Source: an uncultured Gemmatimonadales bacterium
GTDB lineage: Bacteria; Gemmatimonadota; Gemmatimonadetes; Gemmatimonadales; GWC2-71-9
Assembly (NCBI GenBank): GCA_963831425.1
Contig: CAWHQC010000015.1
Span: 100,821-164,820, forward strand
DNA: 64,000 nt
Direction: 5' to 3'
Part shown: positions 30,357 through 39,345 of the stretch, in pieces
Position numbering within the stretch: the stretch's first letter is position 1
Layout of the letters: every line of letters starts with the position of its first letter
The notes under the pieces: model-generated
The model's input: the letters and a program-made list of their open reading frames with translations, nothing else
What the model was told of the DNA's origin: nothing
Database searches by the model: none
Program-made: the position numbers and the translations under genes

Positions 30357-31015
30357 TCAAGATGAGCCCGCTGCGGCCGGTTGGCTAGGAGGCCGCGAAG
30401 GCTCGGCCCGCCGCCGGCGGTAGTAGGCCGCCGCGTTGGTGCGGTTGCCGCAGCTCCGCATGTCGCACCACCGGCGAGTCCCGTTCTTGGTCACGTCGAG
30501 AAAGTAGAGCACGCAGCCGGGGTGCGCGCACTGCCGCACCCGGCCGGGGTCGGCGTGGCACAGGAGATCGGCCGCCGCCTCGGCGATCGGCACCAGCAGG
30601 TCCTCGGGCTCCTCCACCCGCACCCCGCGCTCCAGCGTGTATCCCTCGCCTTCATGGCCGGTACGATCCGCGACGTACCGGCTCCCCGCGCCAGCAGCTC
30701 GTTCACCCGTGCGACGGTCGCGCGCGGGCCGGCTTCCCCTCGGACCACGCACTCGCCAGCCGGCGGAGCGTGCGCCCGGAGCGCCCGAGCCGCCTCGACC
30801 GCCGACTCGGCCCGGCGCCGGCCCTCCCACCGGAGGAGCGAGGCGCGGGCGGCGGCCGGGTCGAGCGCGCCGGCTCGCACGAGCCAGCGGACCAGGTCGT
30901 CCAGGCCGGCCAGCAGGTCGCGCGGCATTCCTTCGCTCACGATTTCAGTGTTGACAAAATCGAGCGCGCGGTGGTTGCCGACGAAGATGAATGGAGAGGT
31001 GCCGGCGGTGCTCAT
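30357..31015 (-). CDS. CGNR zinc-finger (ABATE-domain) protein, frameshifted near 30680.
   Basis: MSTAGTSPFIFVGNHRALDFVNTEIV lies in ORF 30491..31051. LLCHADPGRVRQCAHPGCVLYFLDVTKNGTRRWCDMRSCGNRTNAAAYYRRRR lies in ORF 30357..30830. Confidence 0.75.
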
Positions 31016-31159
31016 GGCCGGGAGTATAAGCGGCAAAAGCTCGGTTGACAAATGAGAGACGAGGAGGTATCACTAGCAAACAGCAGTTTTGCTGCTGTTA
31101 CGGCCGGCCGGCTCCAGTCACCGGCCGAGAGCCCGGTCCCACCTGCCCTGGAGGTCGTC

Positions 31160-31623
31160 ATGACCGCTGCAACCGCCACCCCCGACATCGCTCCCGGCCA
31201 TGTCGGCCTGTCCGTCACCGACCTCGACCGGTCGCTCGCGTTCTATCAGGACCTCCTCGGGCTCGAGCTCATCCAGGCGGCGGCGCACGACGGCCAGCGG
31301 TTCGCCTTTCTGGGCGCCGGCGGCCGGCTTTCCTGACGCTCTGGCAGCAGAGCACGGACGCCTTCGATCCGCGGGAGGCCGGCCTCCACCACCTGGCATT
31401 CCAGGTGCCGACGCTCGAGGCCGTCGAAGCGGTCGAGTCGAAGCTCCGGGCGCGCGGCTTGACGCCGCGCTACGATGGCGTCGTGCCGCACCAGGAGGGC
31501 GCCGAGTCGGCCGCGCTCTTCTTCACCGATCCAGACGGCATCCGGCTCGAGGTCTACAGCCCGACCGGCGCCGCGGGGCGCGCGGCCCCGGTGGCCGGCG
31601 CGCCGTCCTGCGGATTCTTCTGA
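31160..31623 (+). CDS. VOC (glyoxalase/bleomycin-resistance/dioxygenase) family protein, one frameshift near 31325.
   Basis: MTAATATPDIAPGHVGLSVTDLDRSLAFYQDLLGLELI lies in ORF 31052..31336. LTLWQQSTDAFDPREAGLHHLAFQVPTLEAVEAVE..ALFFTDPDGIRLEVYS lies in ORF 31045..31623. Confidence 0.7.
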
Positions 31624-32551
31624 TGGGGCCGTTCCACGAAGGCGAACTCGACGGTCCAGCGGCGCGCCGGCGTCGCGGTGAACGCCGAGCGCATCGGGCG
31701 GATCATCCGGCGGGAGATCCCCGAGGCCGCGCGCGCCTTCGCGGCCGCGCAACGGTTCGTCGTCCTGGGCGCGGCAGACGCCGCGGGCCGCGTGTGGGCC
31801 ACGCTGCTGCAGGGTGAGCCCGGCTTTCTCTCGGCGCCGACGGAGGAACTCCTGCGGATCGAGGCCCGCGCGCCCCCGGGCGATCCGCTGGCCGAAGCCC
31901 TGGCCCGCGAAACGGACGTCGGCCTGCTGGTCATTCATCCGGCGACCCGCCGGCGCATGCGGGTGAACGGCCGGGCGCATCCCCGCGAGCCATATGGCCT
32001 GGAGATCGCCACGCGCGAGGTCTACTCCAACTGCCAGAAGCACATCCGCCCGCGGGAGGTGAGGCTCCCGCATGCAACCGGGCGGCCGCCCACGCTCGAG
32101 CACGGCGGCGCGTTGACGTCGGCGCAGGCGGCGTGGCTCTCCGCCAGCGACACGCTCTTCATCGCCAGCCGGCACCCGGATGCGGGAGCGGACGTCTCGC
32201 ATCGCGGCGGGCCGCCGGGGTTCGTGCGGGTTTCGTCGCCGCGGCGGCTGGTGATACCGGACTACCCCGGCAACATGATGTTCAACACCCTGGGCAACCT
32301 GGCGGCCGATCCGCGCGCTGGGCTGCTGCTGGTGGACTTCGACGTTGGCGCCACGCTGCAGCTCACCGGCCGCGCGGCGATCCACTGGGCTCCAGCCACG
32401 CTGGGTGACTTTCCGGGGGCCGAGCGGGTGGTGGAGCTCGAGCATCGACGAGGTGGTGGCGGCGACCAGCGCTGCCGGTGCGGCGGCGCCGCCGGTCGGT
32501 GAGAGCGTGATGGCTGGAGAGGACGAGTGCTCAACCGAAGCCCACCGGTGA
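31623..32551 (+). CDS. Pyridoxamine 5'-phosphate oxidase-related FMN-binding protein, frameshifted near the start and near the 3' end. End uncertain (32502 or 32551).
   Basis: MGPFHEGEL.. then VQRRAGVAVNAERIG..FVVLGAADAAGRVWATLLQGEPGFL..DVGLLVIHPATRRRMRVNGRA..LFIASRHPDAGADVSHRGGPPGFVRV..IPDYPGNMMFNTLGNLAADPRAGLLLVDF in ORF 31678..32502. Confidence 0.6.
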
Positions 32552-32621
32552 AACTCACTGCTCGGGATGGGATGGGATGAATCGCTACGCGCACACTCAT
32601 CGCCTGAATTCAAGCGCCGTA

Positions 32622-32726
32622 TTCACCGCGAAGGCACAAGGGACCAAGCGGGCACGACGGACGCCGTTCGTTATTGTTTAGCGCGGGACTCTTCACGTCC
32701 TTGGTGACCCTCGCTTCCCGGTGAAA
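32622..32726. mobile_element. MITE-like inverted-repeat element of the TTCACC family (second copy at 42281).
   Basis: The left arm is TTCACCGCGAAGGCACAAGGGACCAAG. The reverse complement of the right arm is TTCACCGGGAAGCGAGGGTCACCAAG. The element is intergenic, 15 nt before the quinone oxidoreductase start. Confidence 0.5.
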
Positions 32727-32741
32727 GGCCAGCGATCCTCA

Positions 32742-33714
32742 TGCGCGCGGTGATCTACACAGGTGCCGGCGGCCCCGAAGTCATCAGCATCGGCGAAGTC
32801 CCAGGCCGGAAGTCCGGCCCGGGCACATCCGCGTGCGCGTCCACGCCGCGGGCGTCAATCGTGCCGACCTGATCCAGCGCCGGGGCCAGTACGCGGCGCC
32901 CCCGGCTGGCCGGCCGACATCCCCGGGCTCGAGTACGCGGGCGAGGTCGAGGCGGTGCGTGGTACGTCACCGTGGAAGGTGGGCGACCGGGTGATGGGCC
33001 TCGTCGGCGGCGGTGCGCAGGCCGAGCTGGTGACGGTGCAGCAGGACGAGGCGCTGGCGATTCCGGAGGGCCTCTCGTACGCGGAGGCAGCGGCCATTCC
33101 CGAGGTGTTCCTCACGGCGTTCGACGCCCTGGTGACTCGCGGCCGGCTCGCCGCCGGCGAGCGGGTGCTGATCCACGCCATCGGGAGCGGCGTCGGCACC
33201 GCGGCCGCGCAGGTGGCCAGGCACCTCGGCGCCACCGTGCTCGGCACCTCGCGGAGCGCCGAGAAGCTGGCGCGCGCGCTGGTCTACGGGCTCGACCACG
33301 GGATCGACACCGCGCGCGTCGTTCCGCGAGGCGGTGGGCGAGCCGGTGGACGTCGTGCTCGACGTGCTCGGTGGACCCGCCTTCGCCGACAATCTCGCGG
33401 TGCTGGCGCCGCGCGGCCGGCTCGTGCTGCTCGGCTTTCTGGCCGGGAGCCGGACCACGGCGGACCTCGGCCCCATTCTGCGGAAGCGCCTCGAGGTGAT
33501 CGGCACGGTGATGCGGACCCGCGGCCCGGCGGAGCGGGCGCCGCTGGTGCGCGCCTTCGCGGAACGGATGCTGCCGCTCTTCGACCAGCGGATCGAGCAC
33601 GCGACACCGCTCCGCCCGGTGCTGGAGCGCACCTACCCCATGACGGAGCTCGCCGAGGCGCACCGGGCGCTCGAACGCAACGAGACGTTCGGGAAAGTGG
33701 TGGCGACGTGGTGA
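32742..33714 (+). CDS. NADPH:quinone oxidoreductase (zeta-crystallin-like MDR family), about 3 frameshifts.
   Basis: MRAVIYTGAGGPEVISIGEVP.., HIRVRVHAAGVNRADLIQRRGQY, DIPGLEYAGEVEAV..WKVGDRVMGLVGGGAQAELV..GERVLIHAIGSGVGTAAAQVARHLGATVLGTSRS, then ORF 33334..33714 ending HRALERNETFGKVVATW. Confidence 0.75.
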
Positions 33715-33920
33715 GCGCGGGCCCCCGCACCCATGGGCGGGTGACAGTCTCGCCCCGAGGCGGGCCGCGCACCGGGCCGATGTTGTCCCTCCCGAGTCGC
33801 CTGACGTGCCGAACACCGGCCGGCACGCCGCGCGGCGCGTGGTCCGGATGTTGCCCCTTCGCGGCATTCCGAGCTGTCCGATCCTCGGGCGGCGCGACAA
33901 GGCTTCGATGGAGGCAACGC

Positions 33921-34604
33921 ATGTTCGGATATTCCGCGATGGCGACGGCGCTACTGATGCTGGGTGCCGCCTCGCTCGCGCAAGCTCAGCAGGCCGCCAG
34001 CGACACGGCTGGTAGAGACAGTACTCACGTCATGCGCGTGCGCGCACGGGATGAGCGGACCATCACCACCGATACGGTCCGGCTGCATCGGGAGATGGCG
34101 ATCCGGGACTCCGCCCGAACGCTGCTGGATCAGGACCAGGCACAAACGCACGCGACCGGAAAGCAGATCGACTCGCTCAAGGCCGTGTTGGATCGCGAGC
34201 GGAAAGCCACCCCGCGCGATACCGTGGCGATCAACCGCAACCTGGCCGCGCTGACGGGCCTGCGGCAGAAGCTCGACCGGGACCTGGACCGGGACCGCCG
34301 GGTGAAGGCGCGGGTGGACTCGCTCGACAGTCGAGTCCGGAAGGAGTCGGAAGCCGCGATTGACGCTCACCAGAACATCAAGGAGAGCCGCACCACGCCG
34401 CAGGCGCATGCCGCGGCCTCGAAGACGCGATCGCTGACGCCGGAGACGCCCGTCCCCCGCACCAGCCCCGCCCGCCCCAGCGGCCGCGGATCCGATCGAT
34501 CGCGTGCTGCAGGGCGCGGGCACGGGCGGGGTGAGTCGCTCCGAGCGGGAGCTGAGGGGCCCGAGTGCCGAGGTCCGTGGTCCCTTCGCCCCGCTCGGGA
34601 CTGA
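33921..34604 (+). CDS. Secreted coiled-coil hypothetical protein. The 3' end is probably over-extended into the convergent imuB-like gene.
   Basis: MFGYSAMATALLMLGAASLAQAQQ signal-like start (inner Met of ORF 32763..34604), followed by charged heptad-like sequence ..LLDQDQAQTHATGKQIDSLKAVLDRERKATPRDTVAINRNLAALTGLRQKLDRDLDRDRRVKARVDSLDSRVRKESEAAI. Confidence 0.4.
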   Translation: MFGYSAMATALLMLGAASLAQAQQAASDTAGRDSTHVMRVRARDERTITTDTVRLHREMAIRDSARTLLDQDQAQTHATGKQIDSLKAVLDRERKATPRDTVAINRNLAALTGLRQKLDRDLDRDRRVKARVDSLDSRVRKESEAAIDAHQNIKESRTTPQAHAAASKTRSLTPETPVPRTSPARPSGRGSDRSRAAGRGHGRGESLRAGAEGPECRGPWSLRPARD

Positions 34605-35681
34605 CTCGCTTCGCCGGCATCCTGCCCCTCCCACAGCTCCAGCTGCCCCTCCGCCTCCTCCAGCCGGTCGAGCGTGAGCGCCACCGCCCGCACCGCGAGC
34701 CGCCGCGCGTTGGCCCGGGTGAACGCGCGGCGCGCGGCGTCCCACAGCTCGGCGTCGAGCGCCGCGGCGTGGAGCGCCACGGCGCGGGCGGCGTCGGTGT
34801 GGTCGGCGTAGGTGAGCGCGACCCGGAGCCGCCGCGCCACCAGCCCGCGCCGGCGGAGCCGGCGGCCGAGCCGCTCGCCCAGGAGGCGGAGCAGCGGGTG
34901 CAGCACGCCGAGGTCGTTGGTGTCGGTGGCCAGCGCGTGGGCCACGTGGAACTCGGCCTGCCGCTCGGGCGGGAGCACGGGCCGCGGGTCGATGCCGCGC
35001 GCCTGCGCCCGGAGCGTGCGGCCGGCGCCGCCGAAGACCGCGCAGAGCGCGCTCTCGGAGATGGCCGCGACCTCGCCGATGAGATCGAGCTGGTAGTCGT
35101 CGAGCCGCCGGCGCATCCCGGGATGCAGCTCGGGCAGCACGTCGAGCGGATGGGGCGCGAGGAAGCCGGCCTCGTCGCCGCCCGGCACCTCGAGCAGCGG
35201 CTCGGGCTTGACGACGGTGGTGGCGGCCTGGCTCACCAGCTTGTTGGCGGCGACGCCGACCGAGACCGGGAGCCGGAGCCGCTGCGCGCACCTCGCGCTG
35301 CACCCGCGCGGCGACGTCCACCGCCGGGCCCGAAGAGCCGGCCGGTGCCGGTGAGGTCGAGGAAGGCGTGGCCGTAGCCGTGCGGGCTCGATGACCGGCG
35401 CGTAGACCCGGAGCACCTCGTGCAGCGCCTGCGAGGCCCGCGCGTAGAGCCGCGGGTTGGGCGGGAGCAGCACGAGGTCGGGGCAGCGCTTGAGCGCCTG
35501 CCGCACCGGCATCCCCCGCTCGATGCCCGCCAGCCGCGCCTCGGCCGAGAGCGCGAGGATGGTGGCGCGGTCGGCGCCGGGCGGCGCCACCGCGACCGGC
35601 CGCGTGCGGAGCGCCGGGCGCGACGAGGCCTTCGACGGTGGTGCAGAAGGCGGGAGGGTCGACGAAGAGGACGGAGCGCAT
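34367..35681 (-). CDS. imuB: Y-family DNA polymerase homologue, ImuB-like. The palm DE pair is not visible and a beta-clamp-type motif is present. Multiply frameshifted.
   Basis: MRSVLFVDPPAFCTTVEGLV lies in ORF 33951..35681. VAPPGADRATILALSAEARLAGIERGMPVRQALKRCPDLVLLPPNPRLYARASQALHEVLRVYAPVIEP lies in ORF 34367..35590. HGYGHAFLDLTGTGRLFGP lies in ORF 35233..35805. LPVSVGVAANKLVSQAATTVVKPEPLLEV..FLAPHPLDVLP and QLELW (34631..34645) follow. Confidence 0.7.
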
Positions 35682-35695
35682 GAGACAGCGGGGCG

Positions 35696-36723
35696 CTACA
35701 GCAGCCGCGGCTGCTCTGCCGCCGCCCGGTCCTCGCGCCCCTCGAGCTGCCGGCTCCTCCGCATCCCCTCGTCCACCGGAAACCCATGCCGCCGCTGCAG
35801 CTCATGCAGCCGCTCCGACAGCGCGCGCTGGTACGCCGGGCTCACTCCCTCGCGCCGCGCGTAGTGCCGCGCGTACCGCTCGGCCAGCTCCGGGAACTCG
35901 CGGGCGAGCACGGGAAGGAAGCGGTGCCGCGCCGCGGGGCCGAGCCGGAGCGCCGACCCGACCACGTAGCGGGCGCCCGCCGCCTTCGCCGCGCCCATGA
36001 GCCGATCGAGCCCCGCGCGATCGTCGGTGATGCCCGGAAGGATCGGCGCCAGGAGGAGCCCCGCGTGGATACCGCCGGCGGTGAGCCGGCCCAGGGCACG
36101 GATCCGCGACGCGGGTACCGGCGAGCGAAGCTCGAGCCGGCGCGCCAGCCGGCGGTCGAGCGTGGCCAGCGAGATGTTCACCGTGACCTCGTGCCGCTCG
36201 GCCGAGCCGGCCGAGCAGGTCGAGGTCGCGCGTCACCAGCGGCGACTTGGTGATGATGCCGATGGCGAGCCCGCGGTGCCCCAGCAGCACCTCGAGAATC
36301 CGGCGGGTGAGCCGGAACCGGCGCTCGGCCGGTTGATATGGATCGGTGGCCGTGCCGATGACCAGCGTGTGTCCGCCCAGGCGTGCGGGATCGAGCGTGC
36401 GGGCAAGCACCTCGGCCACGCCGGTCTTGACCAGGATGCGCCGCTCGAACGCCTCCCACGCGGGCAGCGGCTCCGGCGCGCGCGCCGCTTCGCTCGACCG
36501 CGTAGCGGTGGGTGTCGCGCGCGTAGCAGTAGGTGCAGCCGAACTCGCAGCCGACATACGGGTTGATCGACCAGAAGCCCATGCCGGTGGAGGCCGCGGT
36601 GTTGAGAACCGAGCGTACCGGGAGCTCGAGGAAGCGGGTGCCGCGCTGCCGCTCGTCCAGCAGCGCCCACCGGCGTTCCGATGCCCCGGCCGAGGGCAGC
36701 AGGTCGAGCTGCCGCGGAGTCAC
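35696..36723 (-). CDS. Radical SAM protein of the COG1533 / Rv2578c-like (so-called DNA repair photolyase) family, about 3 frameshifts.
   Basis: GTG start in a GTGA overlap with the upstream small ORF. FLELPVRSVLNTAASTGMGFWSINPYVGCEFGCTYCYARDTH carries CX3CX2C at 36526..36549. LVIGTATDPYQPAERRFRLTRRILEVLLGHRGLAIGIITKSPLVTRDLDLL lies in ORF 35802..36557. VNISLATLDRRLARRLE..LLAPILPGITDD..RYVVGSALRLGPAARHRFLPVLAREFPELAERY lies in ORF 35696..36181. Confidence 0.75.
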
Positions 36724-36890
36724 CCGCAGCGGCCCCAGCCGCAGTGCCGGCAGCTCACGCAGCCCGAGGCGCGGATGAGCGGGCCGGCGCACTCGGGACA
36801 GACGCGGAGGACGGTCTCGGTGGAGGGGTCGCGCCGGGGCGGTTGGTAGCGCGTGGGGGCGAGGGGCGGGCGAGGGTGGAAGGGTGGCAT
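36720..36890 (-). CDS. 56-aa zinc-ribbon peptide, translationally coupled to the radical SAM gene.
   Basis: It is not in the ORF track because it is under 60 aa. ATG at 36890, TGA at 36722..36720. The sequence is MPPFHPRPPLAPTRYQPPRRDPSTETVLRVCPECAGPLIRASGCVSCRHCGWGRCG, with a CPEC-x9-CVSC-x2-C pattern. Confidence 0.45.
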   Translation of the reverse strand: MPPFHPRPPLAPTRYQPPRRDPSTETVLRVCPECAGPLIRASGCVSCRHCGWGRCG

Positions 36891-36904
36891 GGCGGCTCCG
36901 GAGT

Positions 36905-36922
36905 TTCGGTATTTGTTCGGTA
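36905..36922 (+). promoter_or_regulatory. Direct-repeat operator candidate TTCGGTAtttgTTCGGTA (11-bp period), between the promoter and the start of the Zn-ribbon/radical SAM/imuB operon.
   Basis: It lies 15-32 nt upstream of the ATG at 36890. Near-identical sites occur at 25547..25564 and 5603..5619. Confidence 0.5.
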
Positions 36923-36930
36923 CTCCTCCT

Positions 36931-36961
36931 CATAAATGCGACCCGTGGTCCGGCATGTCAA
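36931..36961 (-). promoter_or_regulatory. Promoter candidate with a perfect TTGACA -35 and an AT-rich -10 region (CATTTAT).
   Basis: The coding strand reads cccTTGACAtgccggaccacgggtcgCATTTATgaggagg. The -35 is at 36961..36956. The -10 hexamer is ambiguous, giving a 17-19 nt spacer. Confidence 0.4.
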
Positions 36962-37035
36962 GGGCGGCTGCGGCTCCATAGCTTCTTCCGCCGCGGTGAG
37001 GTTGCTTTCCCGGGCCTGAGTGCCGGAGCTTGCCG

Positions 37036-37867
37036 ATGGAACCACAGGAGGGCTGGTACGAAGGATTCGACGGCGCGCGGCTCTTCCTGCGCACCTGGTC
37101 GCCAGACTCCCAACGCCGCGCCGCCGTCATCTTCCTCCACGGCCTCGGCGACCACTCCGGCCTCTACCCGATGATCGCCGGACGCGCTGGTGCCGCGCGG
37201 TCTCGCGGTCTACGCGCCGGACCTGCGCGGGAACGGACGCTCGCCGGGGCAGCGAGGCCATGTGGAGGCGTGGGCGGACTTCCGGGAGGACCTTCACCGC
37301 CTGGTTGCCCGGGTCGGGTCGGCGGAGCCGGGCCGGCCGCTTTTCCTCCTGGGCAACAGCCTCGGCGGGCTCATCGTGCTCGACTACGCACTGCGCTACC
37401 CGGCTGCTGCACGCGGGGTCGTGGCGCTCTCTCCGCCGCTCGGCGAGCTCGGGGTGCCGCCGGCGCTCCTCGCCCTGGGCCGGGTGGCGTCGCGGGTCTG
37501 GCCCCGCTTCTCGCTCGAGACCGGAATGGACCTGACCGGGCTCTCCCGCGACCCCGCCGTGGTCCGCGAGGTGCTGGCCGACCCCCTCTTTCACCGGCGC
37601 GGCACCGCGCGGCTCTCGACGGAGGTGACCGGGGCGATCGCCCGGGTGCAGGAACAGGCGGCCCGGTTCCCTGTCCCGGTGCTGGTCATGCATGGCTCGG
37701 CCGACCGGATGGTGCGGCCGGAGGGGAGTCGGCGGTTCATCGCGAGCGTGGGGCACGCCGACAAACGGCTGATCGAATACGACGGCGCCTACCATGCGCT
37801 GCTCGCCGATCTGGACCGGGAGCGAGTGCTCGCGGATCTCGGTGCGTGGATCGCCGCGCATCTCTGA
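37036..37867 (+). CDS. Alpha/beta hydrolase (lysophospholipase/monoacylglycerol lipase-like), one frameshift near 37180.
   Basis: MEPQEGWYEGFDGARLFLRTWSPDSQRRAAVIFLHGLGDHSGLYP lies in ORF 37030..38103. GLAVYAPDLRGNGRSPG..PLFLLGNSLGGLIVLDYA..PVLVMHGSADRMV..YDGAYHALL lies in ORF 37190..37867. Confidence 0.75.
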
Positions 37868-37994
37868 TTCGCGCTTGCGCCCGGGCGGCCGCAACTCCAT
37901 TTTCTCCGCGCTGCACCAGCACGCACCCATCATCCGCACAGCAGCTCACGCTCCAATTCGCCTCCCCTCAGGGGGGCCGTCTCATGAGGTCTCC

Positions 37995-39263
37995 ATGCCG
38001 ACGATCCGTTTGCGCATCCTGCCGCTCCTCGCTTCCGCCGCCGCGCTCCTGGTCATCTCCGGCGCGGCCACGCCCGCGGAGGCGCAGTTCGGCCGGAAGT
38101 TGAAGGACGCGCTCAAGCAGAATGCGGAGAACAAGGCCGTGCAGAAGGCGGTCGAGAAGGAGGACAAGGCGATCGACGCCGCCACGACCGGCGGCACCGA
38201 TTCGGCCAAGGCCGACTCCGCCAAGGCCGACTCCGCCAAGGCCGACTCCGCCAAAGCCGACCCCGCGGCACCGCCGGCGGCGGCGGGTGCCGCCCCGGCT
38301 TCCGCGCCCGGCGCCGACACGCCCGAGTCACTCAAGCCCGGTGAAGGCGCCTGGGCCAACTACGACTTCAAGCCCGGCGAGCGGGTGCTCTATGCCGACG
38401 ACTTCACCGCCGACGAGGTGGGCGACTTCCCCAAGCGGATGGAGTTCAAGGAGGGCGCGCTCGAGATCGTCGAGTGGCAGGGGGCCCGGTATCTCCGCGC
38501 CACCAGCGACTCGAAGTTCTACCTCACCCTTCCGGAGGTGCTGCCGGAGCGGTTCACGATGGAGTTCGACTACACGATCCCGGCCGGCGAGGTGTGGATC
38601 TCCTTCGGCAACGAGAACAAGCGGATCGAGTTCGGCGGGGACGGCACCACGACCGTGTACAACCAGGACACCAAGATCACGGCCAACGGCCAGGTGGCCG
38701 ACAACGAGCGCGGCAAGCTGCGGAAGGGCCGGGTCCTGGCGGACGGGAAGTACGTCAAGGTGTACGTGGACGACACCCGCGTGCTCAACGTGCCCAACGC
38801 CGATCTGGGCCGGGCCGACAAGATCCTGTTCTACACCGACGCCGACGTGAAGACGCCATCGCTCTTCGGCAACTTCCGCGTCGCGGCCGGCGGGAAGAAG
38901 CTGTACGACGCGATCGCGGCCAAGGGCCGAGTGGCCACGCAGGGGATCTACTTCGATACCGGGAGCGACCGGATCCGGCCCGAGTCCACGCCCACGCTCA
39001 AGGAAATCGGGGCGATGCTCAAGGATCACCCCGAGCTCAAGCTCACGATCGAGGGGCACACCGACAACGTGGGTTCGGCGGCATCGAACCAGGCGTTGAG
39101 CGAGAAGCGCGCGGCGGCGGTACGCCAGTTCCTGATCGACAGCTACCAGGTGGACGCCGCGCGGCTCCAGGCCAAGGGACTCGGCCAATCCAGGCCGGCC
39201 GGCTCGAACGACACGCCCGAGGGACGACAGAACAACCGTCGGGTCGAGCTGGTCAAGTCATGA
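37995..39263 (+). CDS. OmpA-family (peptidoglycan-associated) outer-membrane/periplasmic protein. Intact.
   Basis: Signal peptide MPTIRLRILPLLASAAALLVISGAATPAEAQ. A 4x SAKAD repeat is encoded by 15-nt units at 38202..38261. The C-terminal OmpA domain reads IYFDTGSDRIRPESTPTLKEIGAMLKDHPELKLTIEGHTDNVGSAASNQALSEKRAAAVRQFL..RQNNRRVELVK. Confidence 0.85.
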   Translation: MPTIRLRILPLLASAAALLVISGAATPAEAQFGRKLKDALKQNAENKAVQKAVEKEDKAIDAATTGGTDSAKADSAKADSAKADSAKADPAAPPAAAGAAPASAPGADTPESLKPGEGAWANYDFKPGERVLYADDFTADEVGDFPKRMEFKEGALEIVEWQGARYLRATSDSKFYLTLPEVLPERFTMEFDYTIPAGEVWISFGNENKRIEFGGDGTTTVYNQDTKITANGQVADNERGKLRKGRVLADGKYVKVYVDDTRVLNVPNADLGRADKILFYTDADVKTPSLFGNFRVAAGGKKLYDAIAAKGRVATQGIYFDTGSDRIRPESTPTLKEIGAMLKDHPELKLTIEGHTDNVGSAASNQALSEKRAAAVRQFLIDSYQVDAARLQAKGLGQSRPAGSNDTPEGRQNNRRVELVKS

Positions 39264-39345
39264 GGCGACGGCGCGAGTAGGTGCGCGCGGGCGGATGTGA
39301 CGCGGCCTCTCGCGCCACGGCGCCCGCGTCGCTAGAGTGAGACGG

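Noticed and set aside
38202-38261. Four 15-nt tandem units (SAKAD x4) in the OmpA-family gene, and 12-nt units at 6244..6291 (GHAP repeats).
   Set aside because: These are in-frame, low-complexity coding repeats in linker regions of secreted proteins. Nothing suggests a function beyond that.
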